This document shows positions 56,683 through 64,000 of a stretch of DNA of 64,000 nt, piece after piece (position 1 is the first letter of the stretch; each line of letters begins with the position of its first letter). This stretch comes from Anaeromyxobacteraceae bacterium (GTDB lineage: Bacteria > Myxococcota > Myxococcia > Myxococcales > Anaeromyxobacteraceae), in NCBI GenBank assembly GCA_047602405.1, contig JASGHJ010000002.1, positions 1,792,001-1,856,000 of the forward strand. Reading direction: 5' to 3'. The notes beneath the pieces are model-generated. The model was not told the DNA's origin, did no database searches, and saw nothing but the letters and a program-made list of their open reading frames with translations. A program made the translations under genes and the position numbers.

Positions 56683-58910
56683 CGGTGGAGGAGCCCGTAG
56701 CCGAGGTAGAGCGACAGCCCGATGTGGGCGGCGATGACGAGGACGAGCAGCACGGCGAGCGTGGCGTGGAAGGCCCGCCAGGTGCGCAGGAGCCGCTTGA
56801 GGCTCCCGTAGAAGCGGATCTGCCAGCGCAGGGTCTCGAGCTTCAGGATCGCGAGCTTGAACGACTTGAACGCGAGCTTGTCGTCGAACCTGAACCGCAG
56901 GAAGAACAGGCGGACGCGCAGCCAGAGCGCCCCCGCCGGCAGCTCCAGGAAGAGGACCGCGAGGAAGCGGGTCTTCACCGGCGCCGTCGCCTTCGCGATG
57001 AGCGCGTGCGCCGACCCCGAGGCGCGCTCGGGGATGTCGGTGAACGAGCCGCGCAGGCGCTCGAAGTGCCCGAGCAGCTCGGAGAGCTCGAGCGACTTGC
57101 CGCCGTCGCCCGGCACGATGCCGTAGATGAACCGCCCGATGATGCCGGTCGTCACCACGACGACGAGCGAGCTCGCGGTGCCCGTGGCGAGCAGGTTGTT
57201 GGACTGGAAGGCCGCGTGGTACGCGATGACGAGCGGGCTCATGAACCCCACGAAGACGTGGAAGTCGAGCCAGCTCCCGATCTTCCCGAGCGCCGAGAGC
57301 GACTTCCAGCGCTTGCGGGCCGCGTAGAGGAAGTTCGAGAGCATGAACGCGGTCGCGGCGATGCCGACCGAGTGGCCCCACGTGCCGGCGGACTTGAGCG
57401 ACGGGTGCTCCGGGGAGGCCAGGCGGCCCGCGCGATCGAGGGGGTAGTAGTCGCGCCCCACCCACGCCAGCCCGGCGAGGATCGCGGCGCCCACCGCGAC
57501 GTAGGCGACGCGGGCCGCGACGCGCCCCTTCGACGTCTTCGGCCGGGCGAGCGCGCGGGGCAGGAGCCCGTTGCCGCCGATGACCACGTTGGGGCCGGTG
57601 TCGCCGAGCCCCTCGCCGTGGAACCGGCGCATCGTGATGCCCACCTTCGCGAGGAACTCGGTGGGCAGCTCGCCGCCGATGTTCACGATGACGAAGGTGT
57701 TCGGGAGGGTGACCGGGGTCCCGTCCCTGTCGAGGTCGACGGACTTCTCGCCGATCCGCGTCACCACGGACGGGAGCAACGCCTTGATCTTCCCCGCCGT
57801 CACGAGCTGGCCGAACTTCTTGCGGTTCGCCTCGCGGCAGCGGCCGAGCTCGGCGCCGCGGTACGAGAGCGTCACCTCGGCGGTGGACTCCTCGGCGAGC
57901 TGGATGGCGGCCTCGAGCGCGGCGTCGCCGCCGCCGACCACGAGGACCTTCTCGCCGTCGAACTGGTCGGGGTCCTTGAGGCCGTAGAGCACCTTCTCGG
58001 CCGCCTCGCCCTGCACCCCGAGCTTGCGCGGCGTGCCGCGGCGGCCGATCGCGAGCACGACCTTCGAGGCCTTCAGGGTCCCCTGGCTCGTCTTGACGGT
58101 GAAGTTCCCGTCCTCGCCCTCGATCTCGTTGACCTTGACGCCCTCCTCGACCCGCACGCCGACCTTCGCGAGGACCTTCTGCCAGGTCTCGAGGAGCTCC
58201 TCCTTCGAGATGCGCGCCTTCCCGACCCGGCCCGCGCCGCCCGGCAGCTCGACGGTCTCGGTCATCGTGACCTTGCGGCGCGGGTAGTGCGCGACCGAGC
58301 CGCCGACGGTCAGCTGCTCGAGGATGCGGTGCGGGACGCCCTTCGACTTCAGGCCCACGGCCGTCGCGATGCCGGCGGGGCCGGCGCCGACGATGACGAC
58401 CGGATCCTTCGCCCGGCCCACGAGCTCGGCGATCCGGTCCGCGACCTGGAGCCCCTGGGTGAGCGCGTTCTTGATGAGGCCCATCCCGCCGAGCTCGCCC
58501 ACCACGTGGAGGCCCGGGCGCGAGGACTCGAAGAACTCGTCGACCTCGGGGAGGTCGACGCCGCGCTCCGAGGAGCCGAACACGAGGCGGATGGCGTGGA
58601 CCGGACACTCGACGGCGCACTTGCCGTGGCCGATGCAGTGGTCGCCGTGAACGAGGCGCGCGGCGCCGTCGACGACGCCGAGGATGTCGCCCTCGGGGCA
58701 GGCCTTCAGGCAGGAGAGGCTTCCGATGCAGATGTCGGTGTCGATGACCGGGTGTAGGGACTTCGCGAGGTGCGCACCCCTCGCCTTCTTCTCCTCGAAG
58801 AGCTCCTCGTCGCGGCGCTGGCGCGCGCCGCGACGCGCGACGTGTACGATCCCGGCCACCGCGGTGACGAACGCAAGCGCGGCGACGATCGAAAGACTGA
58901 AAATGTCCAT
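56679..58910 (-). CDS. Membrane-bound Fe-S/FAD-NAD(P)H oxidoreductase fused to a cytochrome b/ferric-reductase-like TM domain
   Basis: N-terminal TM; CIGSLSCLKACP and CIGHGKCAVECP; VIVGAGPAG; VVGGGDAA; C-terminal TM helices with two H-x13-H pairs. Confidence 0.85.
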   Translation of the reverse strand: MDIFSLSIVAALAFVTAVAGIVHVARRGARQRRDEELFEEKKARGAHLAKSLHPVIDTDICIGSLSCLKACPEGDILGVVDGAARLVHGDHCIGHGKCAVECPVHAIRLVFGSSERGVDLPEVDEFFESSRPGLHVVGELGGMGLIKNALTQGLQVADRIAELVGRAKDPVVIVGAGPAGIATAVGLKSKGVPHRILEQLTVGGSVAHYPRRKVTMTETVELPGGAGRVGKARISKEELLETWQKVLAKVGVRVEEGVKVNEIEGEDGNFTVKTSQGTLKASKVVLAIGRRGTPRKLGVQGEAAEKVLYGLKDPDQFDGEKVLVVGGGDAALEAAIQLAEESTAEVTLSYRGAELGRCREANRKKFGQLVTAGKIKALLPSVVTRIGEKSVDLDRDGTPVTLPNTFVIVNIGGELPTEFLAKVGITMRRFHGEGLGDTGPNVVIGGNGLLPRALARPKTSKGRVAARVAYVAVGAAILAGLAWVGRDYYPLDRAGRLASPEHPSLKSAGTWGHSVGIAATAFMLSNFLYAARKRWKSLSALGKIGSWLDFHVFVGFMSPLVIAYHAAFQSNNLLATGTASSLVVVVTTGIIGRFIYGIVPGDGGKSLELSELLGHFERLRGSFTDIPERASGSAHALIAKATAPVKTRFLAVLFLELPAGALWLRVRLFFLRFRFDDKLAFKSFKLAILKLETLRWQIRFYGSLKRLLRTWRAFHATLAVLLVLVIAAHIGLSLYLGYGLLHR

Positions 58911-59255
58911 GGCTTCCCGGCCGCTACCTTCGCCCCGGGGTGGATCGATCGCAAGGCCGCAATGCGTTCGAATCCTCACGGGTCGTGCGACCCGGTGCGC
59001 CATCCGCGCACCGGGCAAGATGCGAGATCGAGACATCGTCTCGACCCGCTCATTCACGCAGCGTACAGTCCGTCAGGCGCGAAAACTGGACGGAAGCCCG
59101 GCGTCGCCTAGCATCCGACCCCACGTCGCTGCCGACGCGAGCCGGACCGCCGTCGGCGCACGAAAGCCTGCCCCGCCCGCCCGGAGCACCGGGCCGGCAC
59201 CCCGAGAAGGGGTGCCGGCCCGGGCTCAGGTACGACGGATGACGGATGTGCGTTC

Positions 59256-60857
59256 TCAGCGGGTGAAGACGACCTCACCGCCGACGATCGTCGCGGCCAC
59301 GGGCAACGAGGACAGGTTCCCGACCGGAATCGAGAACACGTCTCCCTCGAACGCCGTGAGATCGGCGTCCAGGCCCTCCCGGATCATCCCGCGCCGACCG
59401 TCCGCGAAGCCCGCGAACGCCGCGCCGGCGGTGAACGCGCGCACCGCCTCCTCGCGCCCGAGCCGCTCGGCCGGGAGGAAGGGCGCCTTCGCGCCCGCGG
59501 GCGTGCGCGTCTCCGCGGCCACCAGCCCGCCCCGCGGGTCGGGCTCCTCGATGGGGAAGTCGGAGCCGAACGCGAGCGGGAGGCCGCGCGAGAGCGCGGT
59601 GCGCCACGCGTAAGCGCCGGCGAGCCGCGCCGAGCCCGCGCCGAGCCTCGCGGGCACCCACGGCGCGTCGCTCGTGCAGTGCGTCGGCTGCATGGAGGCG
59701 ATGACCCCGGCGGCCGCGAGGCCCGGCCAGTCGCCCGCGCTCACGATCTGCAGGTGCTCGATGCGGGGCCGGAGCGCCTTCACCGCCGGGCCCGCCCCCG
59801 CCCCGGTGATCGCGGCGAGGGCCTCCGCGACGCCGCGATCGCCGATGGCGTGGATCGCCGGCTGGAAGCCCGCCGCCACCACCGCCTTCACCTTCGCGCG
59901 CAGCACCTCCGGCGGCGTGACGAGGAGCCCGCGGTTGCCGGGATCGTCGGAGTACGCCTCGCGCAGCGCCGCGCCCCGGCTGCCGAGCGCGCCGTCCGCG
60001 TAGAGCTTCACGGCGCGCACCGTGAGCCGGCCCACCTCCGCGCCCTCCGCCTTCTGGCGCGCGAGCTCCCGCTCGAGCGCGGGCACCGGCACCTCGCCGT
60101 CGATCATCGCGTACACCCGGATCGGCAGCCTCCCCTCCCGCGCGAGCCGGCGGTACGCGTCGAGCGCGGCCGGCCCGACGCCCGCGTCGTGGGCGCCGGT
60201 CAGGCCGAGGCTCGCGAGCTCCCGCAGCCCGGCGAGGAGCCCGGCCTCGAGCTCGGCCGGCGTGGGGGCGGGGATCCGCGTCTCGAGCAGCTTCATGGCC
60301 TCGTCGACGAGCACGCCGGTCGGGTTGCCGTCCTGGTCGCGCAGGAGCTTCCCGCCCTCGGGGTCGGGCGTCCCCTTCCCGATGCCCGCCGCCGCGAGCG
60401 CCGCGCCGTTCGCCCAGGCGGCGTGGCCGTCGATGCGGCGCAGGTAGACCGGGCGATCCGGGATGGCCCTCGAGAGCGCCGCCGCGGTCGGGAACCGGCC
60501 CCCGGCCCACAGGTTCTGGTCCCAGCCGCGCCCGGTCACCCACGTGCCCGGCGGCACCGCCCGCGCGCGCTCGGCGGCCCTCGCCACGCACGCCTCCTCG
60601 GAGGTCGCGCCGTTGCAGGCGACGGACGCGCGGGCCTGCGCGAGCCCGAACACGTGGCCGTGGGCGTCGACGAGCCCCGGCACGACGCTGCCGACCTTCA
60701 GCCGCCGCACGCCGGGCCCCGCCTTCGCGGCGCAGGCCTCCACGGTGCCGGCGCAGGCGATCTTGCCGTCCCGCGCGAGGACGGCCTGGACGACGGGGCG
60801 GGAGGGGTCGAGGGTGTGGATGAGGCCGATGACGAGGAGCTCGGACGCCGTGGGCAT
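59256..60857 (-). CDS. Amidohydrolase (YtcJ-like, amidohydro_3)
   Basis: PGLVDAHGH, KLYADGALGSRGA, HAIGD, RIEH, MQPTH, FGSDFP. Confidence 0.9.
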   Translation of the reverse strand: MPTASELLVIGLIHTLDPSRPVVQAVLARDGKIACAGTVEACAAKAGPGVRRLKVGSVVPGLVDAHGHVFGLAQARASVACNGATSEEACVARAAERARAVPPGTWVTGRGWDQNLWAGGRFPTAAALSRAIPDRPVYLRRIDGHAAWANGAALAAAGIGKGTPDPEGGKLLRDQDGNPTGVLVDEAMKLLETRIPAPTPAELEAGLLAGLRELASLGLTGAHDAGVGPAALDAYRRLAREGRLPIRVYAMIDGEVPVPALERELARQKAEGAEVGRLTVRAVKLYADGALGSRGAALREAYSDDPGNRGLLVTPPEVLRAKVKAVVAAGFQPAIHAIGDRGVAEALAAITGAGAGPAVKALRPRIEHLQIVSAGDWPGLAAAGVIASMQPTHCTSDAPWVPARLGAGSARLAGAYAWRTALSRGLPLAFGSDFPIEEPDPRGGLVAAETRTPAGAKAPFLPAERLGREEAVRAFTAGAAFAGFADGRRGMIREGLDADLTAFEGDVFSIPVGNLSSLPVAATIVGGEVVFTR

Positions 60858-62068
60858 CAGCGGGGCATAGCGTCCCCGGGCGATGCTGTCACGGCCTCCC
60901 TCGCGGTCCGGTCCCAGGTCGCGCGCTGCCGCCCCCGCAGGAAGCGCCACAGCCCCACCGCGAGCGCGGCGTGGATCCAGACGAAGTGCCGCGCCTGCCC
61001 CGCGAGGCCCCTCAGCCCGCGCGGGGCCCGGTCGCCGGCGAGCGCGAGCCCGTACCCGGCCGCCTGCGCCACGGCGAGCGTCCACCACGCCGCTCCGCCC
61101 CCGCCCACCACGCGCGCGAGGGTCCCGACGGCGACGGCGGCGAGCAGGAACGGCGACAGCCAGCGGAGCAGCTTGTGAGAGGCGAACGCGAACGCCACGA
61201 AGCCTGCGCCGGGATCGAGCGCCTCCGGATGGCGGACCAGGGCCTGCCAGTCGCCGGCGCCGATGCGGACCCGGCGCAGGAACTCCTGCCCGGTGTCCCC
61301 GGGCGTCTCCTCGCGCGCGACGGCGTCGGGCGCGAACGGCACCTTCCAGCCGCGGAGCGCGACCCGGAGCGGGACGACGAGGTCGTCCACGATGGTGTCG
61401 GGCTCGAGGGGCGTGAAGAGCAGCCGGCGGATCGCGTAGATGCCGCCGTTCGCGCCGACCACGCAGCCGTTCCGGCCCTCGAGGTACTTGAGCAGCGTCT
61501 CGTACTTCCAGTAGAGCCCCTCGCGCTCGACCGCCGAGGCGGGATCGACGAGCGCGAGCCGGCCCACCACCGCGCCGACCGCGGGATCCCGGAACGGCGC
61601 CACGAGGGCCCTCAGCGCGCCCGGGTCGAGCAGCACGTTCGCGTCGGTGAGCACCACGAGCTCGCCCCGCGCGAGGGGCACGAGCCGGGAGAGCGTCGCG
61701 GCCTTGCCGGCCCGCGGCGACTCGAACACGCGCACCCGCGCGTCCCCTGCGGCGCGCGCGCGCTCCGCCGTCCGGTCGGCGCAGCCGTCGCAGCCGACGA
61801 GGAGCTCGAGCCAATCCTGCGGCCAGTCGAGGGCGAGGGTGTTCCGGACCTTCCCGGCGATGCACGCCTCCTCGTCGAGCGCGGAGAGGACGACCGACAC
61901 GTGCGGGAGGGCCCCGGCGGGCGGGGTCCTGCGGCGGTCCTGCCCGCCCGCGAGCCAGCGCGCGGCCTCGACGGCGTCGCGCACACCCACGCCGAGCGCG
62001 AGCAGCACGAGGTAACCGATCCAGGCGTACAGCAGGAGCCCCAGCGAGGCCCAGACGACGAGCGCCAT
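60857..62068 (-). CDS. Glycosyltransferase family 2 (membrane-bound, polysaccharide-type)
   Basis: DGCADRT, GKA, TDAN, GANGGIYAIRR, DD, RRVRI, SHKLLRW. Confidence 0.9.
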   Translation of the reverse strand: MALVVWASLGLLLYAWIGYLVLLALGVGVRDAVEAARWLAGGQDRRRTPPAGALPHVSVVLSALDEEACIAGKVRNTLALDWPQDWLELLVGCDGCADRTAERARAAGDARVRVFESPRAGKAATLSRLVPLARGELVVLTDANVLLDPGALRALVAPFRDPAVGAVVGRLALVDPASAVEREGLYWKYETLLKYLEGRNGCVVGANGGIYAIRRLLFTPLEPDTIVDDLVVPLRVALRGWKVPFAPDAVAREETPGDTGQEFLRRVRIGAGDWQALVRHPEALDPGAGFVAFAFASHKLLRWLSPFLLAAVAVGTLARVVGGGGAAWWTLAVAQAAGYGLALAGDRAPRGLRGLAGQARHFVWIHAALAVGLWRFLRGRQRATWDRTAREAVTASPGDAMPR

Positions 62069-62105
62069 GGCGCCACGCCGAGCAAGGCGCGGGCCAGGGC
62101 TCCGG

Positions 62106-63482
62106 CTACGGCTGAGGCGCGGGCTCGCTCGCGGGGGCTTGCCCCGCCGGGGACGGCTTCGGCACCGGCGAGGGGGCCGGCACGGGCGACGGCACGGCCG
62201 GCGGGCGGTTCTCCTCGAGGATCGGCCGGACGTCGGAGGACGGGGACGTCGTGAGCTCGGGCACCGCCGCGGGGATCGCCTCGACCCGCGCGCGACGGCG
62301 GGGCGGCGGCTCCTGGGCAGGCGCGTTCCCATCCTGGGCGACCGGGTTCACAGCCGGGGCAGGTGGCGGGGGCGGCGCGGTGAGCCGCTGCCTCAGGCGG
62401 CGGGCCCCCTCGTGACGCGCGTTGGCGGACAGCACGGCCTCCGCGGCGGCGAGCGCCTCGGTGGTGCGCCCGAGCGAAGCCTGCCCCCGGGCGAGCAGCC
62501 ACCGCGCGCGGAGCAGCTCCGGGTGGGCGGCGGCCAGGCCGGCGAGGCGCACGACGGCCCGGTCGCGGGCGTCCGCCGCGCCGTCGAGGTCGAGCGACGC
62601 CTCGGCGAGGTCAATCCACGGGTCGGGCTCGCCGCGGGCCCGGGCGGCGCTGGCGAGCGCGGCCACCCGCGGGCGCTCCCGCGCGCTCGCGGCCCCGAGC
62701 GCCTGCGCGCGGACGACGGCGGGCACCTCGGAGTCCCCGGGCGGCAGCGCGGCGAGCGCGGCGCGCGCGGAGGCGAGCAGCGCGGCGGCCTTGCCGAGGC
62801 GCGGGTCCTCGCCCTCGCCCGCCGCGGCATCGTCGGTGGCGTCCTCCCGCCACAGCTCCGCGCGGACGACGCGGGCGAGGGCGGCCGAGGCCACGTTGAC
62901 CGCCCGGCCCGGCTCCCGCCGCGCGGCGTCGTCGAGCTTCGCGATCGCGGCGTCCAGGCTCTGCGCGTCGTCGAGGGCGAGGAGCGCGAGCCCCTCCCCC
63001 CGCGCGCGCTCCGCGTCGGGGTCGGTGCGGTTCGCGAGGAACCACCAGGCGCCGCCGCCGAGGGCGAGCACGCCGGCGACGATCGCGGGGGCGAGCCACT
63101 TCCAGCGGGCGGTCCACTTCAGCCGCGACTCGAACGCGCCGACCTGATCCTTGCGCAGCACCGGGGCACGCACCGGCGCCTGCGAGGGGCCGGGCGTGGG
63201 GCGGTAGACCTGCGGGCTCGCGGACCGCGTGCGGTCGGACGCGGGCGCGCGCAGGCCCGGGGTCGGCCGCGGGGGCGGCTCCGGAGCGGGCTCCGCGGGC
63301 GCGGGGCCCGGGGGCGAGCCCTGCAAGGCCGGCAACCCCACGAGCGTCCGTCCGGCGGCTCGCGGCGGGTACGCCACGAACACGTTCTCACACTTCGTGC
63401 ACTGGACCGGCGCCCCTTCCGGCGCGAGCACGGTCTCGTCGAGCTCGTAGACGGTGGAGCAGCGCTCGCAGCGGATCAGCAA
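62106..63482 (-). CDS. MJ0042-type zinc-ribbon, TM and TPR-like protein
   Basis: CERCSTVY...VQCTKCENVF, Pro-rich linker, TM helix, helical repeats. Confidence 0.8.
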   Translation of the reverse strand: MLIRCERCSTVYELDETVLAPEGAPVQCTKCENVFVAYPPRAAGRTLVGLPALQGSPPGPAPAEPAPEPPPRPTPGLRAPASDRTRSASPQVYRPTPGPSQAPVRAPVLRKDQVGAFESRLKWTARWKWLAPAIVAGVLALGGGAWWFLANRTDPDAERARGEGLALLALDDAQSLDAAIAKLDDAARREPGRAVNVASAALARVVRAELWREDATDDAAAGEGEDPRLGKAAALLASARAALAALPPGDSEVPAVVRAQALGAASARERPRVAALASAARARGEPDPWIDLAEASLDLDGAADARDRAVVRLAGLAAAHPELLRARWLLARGQASLGRTTEALAAAEAVLSANARHEGARRLRQRLTAPPPPPAPAVNPVAQDGNAPAQEPPPRRRARVEAIPAAVPELTTSPSSDVRPILEENRPPAVPSPVPAPSPVPKPSPAGQAPASEPAPQP

Positions 63483-63506
63483 CTCGGCCTCCAGGGATGC
63501 GGCAGG

Positions 63507-63929
63507 CTACTCCACTCCGGCCGGGGCCGCCACGGAGCCGATCGCGAGGTGCGGCCGGGCACGCTCGAGCCGGACCCGGCCGATACCGCGCACCCGGAGG
63601 AGCTCCTCGGGCCGCGCGAAGGGGCCGTTCCGCTCCCGGTCCTCGACGATCGCGCGGGCGAGGGCCGGGGAGAGCCCCGGCAGGTCGGCGAGCTCGCGGA
63701 CGCCTGCCCGGTTCGGATCGACCGGGAGCCCGAGCGCGAGGCGCTCGTCCTGGGCGAGGGGCCGGCCTTCCCCGGGGTCCGTCGCACAGCCCAGCCAGCC
63801 GCGCGGCGGACGCCCCCTCCCCTCCGGCGCGGCGCAGGGCGGGCGGGGCTCCGGGCGCTCCAACCAGGCGCGGATCGGCGCCTCCGCGACGGCGGCGGCG
63901 AGCAGGGACGCGAGGGCGAGGCGGCGCAT
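63507..63929 (-). CDS. comEA: ComEA-like helix-hairpin-helix DNA-binding protein
   Basis: VDPNRA...LPGLSPALARAIVEDRERNGPF...LLRVRGIG. Confidence 0.8.
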   Translation of the reverse strand: MRRLALASLLAAAVAEAPIRAWLERPEPRPPCAAPEGRGRPPRGWLGCATDPGEGRPLAQDERLALGLPVDPNRAGVRELADLPGLSPALARAIVEDRERNGPFARPEELLRVRGIGRVRLERARPHLAIGSVAAPAGVE

Positions 63930-63969
63930 GGCCGGTCGCCTAGCAAGCCCCGTACCCCAGGCCCGGGTT

Positions 63970-64000
63970 CTACTTCGCCGGCGCGTCGAGCCCGAAGGCC
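63970..64000 (-). CDS. C-terminal end of an upstream gene (AFGLDAPAK*), possibly aspartate kinase
   Basis: Only 9 codons visible; the AFGLD ending resembles aspartokinase C-termini. Confidence 0.3.
   Translation of the reverse strand, partial: AFGLDAPAK

Noticed and set aside
53008..58620. 1870-aa ORF read as one giant cytochrome
   Set aside because: It is a chimera: an off-frame N-terminal part over the oxidoreductase, the 30-heme gene, and read-through into the lipoprotein gene caused by the indel at ~54098.

Overview
High-GC bacterial chromosome segment. Gene content (TPR/zinc-ribbon, PilZ, multiheme cytochromes, Kelch lipoprotein) resembles Myxococcota such as Anaeromyxobacter; this is an inference. 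Most of it is housekeeping: carB, an aminotransferase, coaD, rsmD, a CDF transporter, gdh, an ABC exporter, ftsH-grpE-degP, pheA, tnaA, an Hsp70 paralog, a UvrD/PcrA helicase, GT2 and comEA. There are two tRNAs, Thr(CGT) and Val(CAC), each followed by a small accessory stretch; the Val one is bounded by a 36-bp att-like duplication. The standout is a tightly coupled four-gene minus-strand operon at 51358-58910. It encodes (1) a membrane-anchored Fe-S/FAD-NAD(P)H oxidoreductase fused to a bis-His di-heme-b-like membrane domain, (2) a 30-heme exported cytochrome, (3) a 9-heme lipoprotein and (4) a predicted outer-membrane beta-barrel. Together these look like a candidate conduit from cytoplasmic NAD(P)H to the cell exterior. 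About 17 apparent frameshifts were seen; 16 fall on two motifs (GATC and GCTCTTC), so they are most likely methylation-linked basecalling errors rather than pseudogenes.
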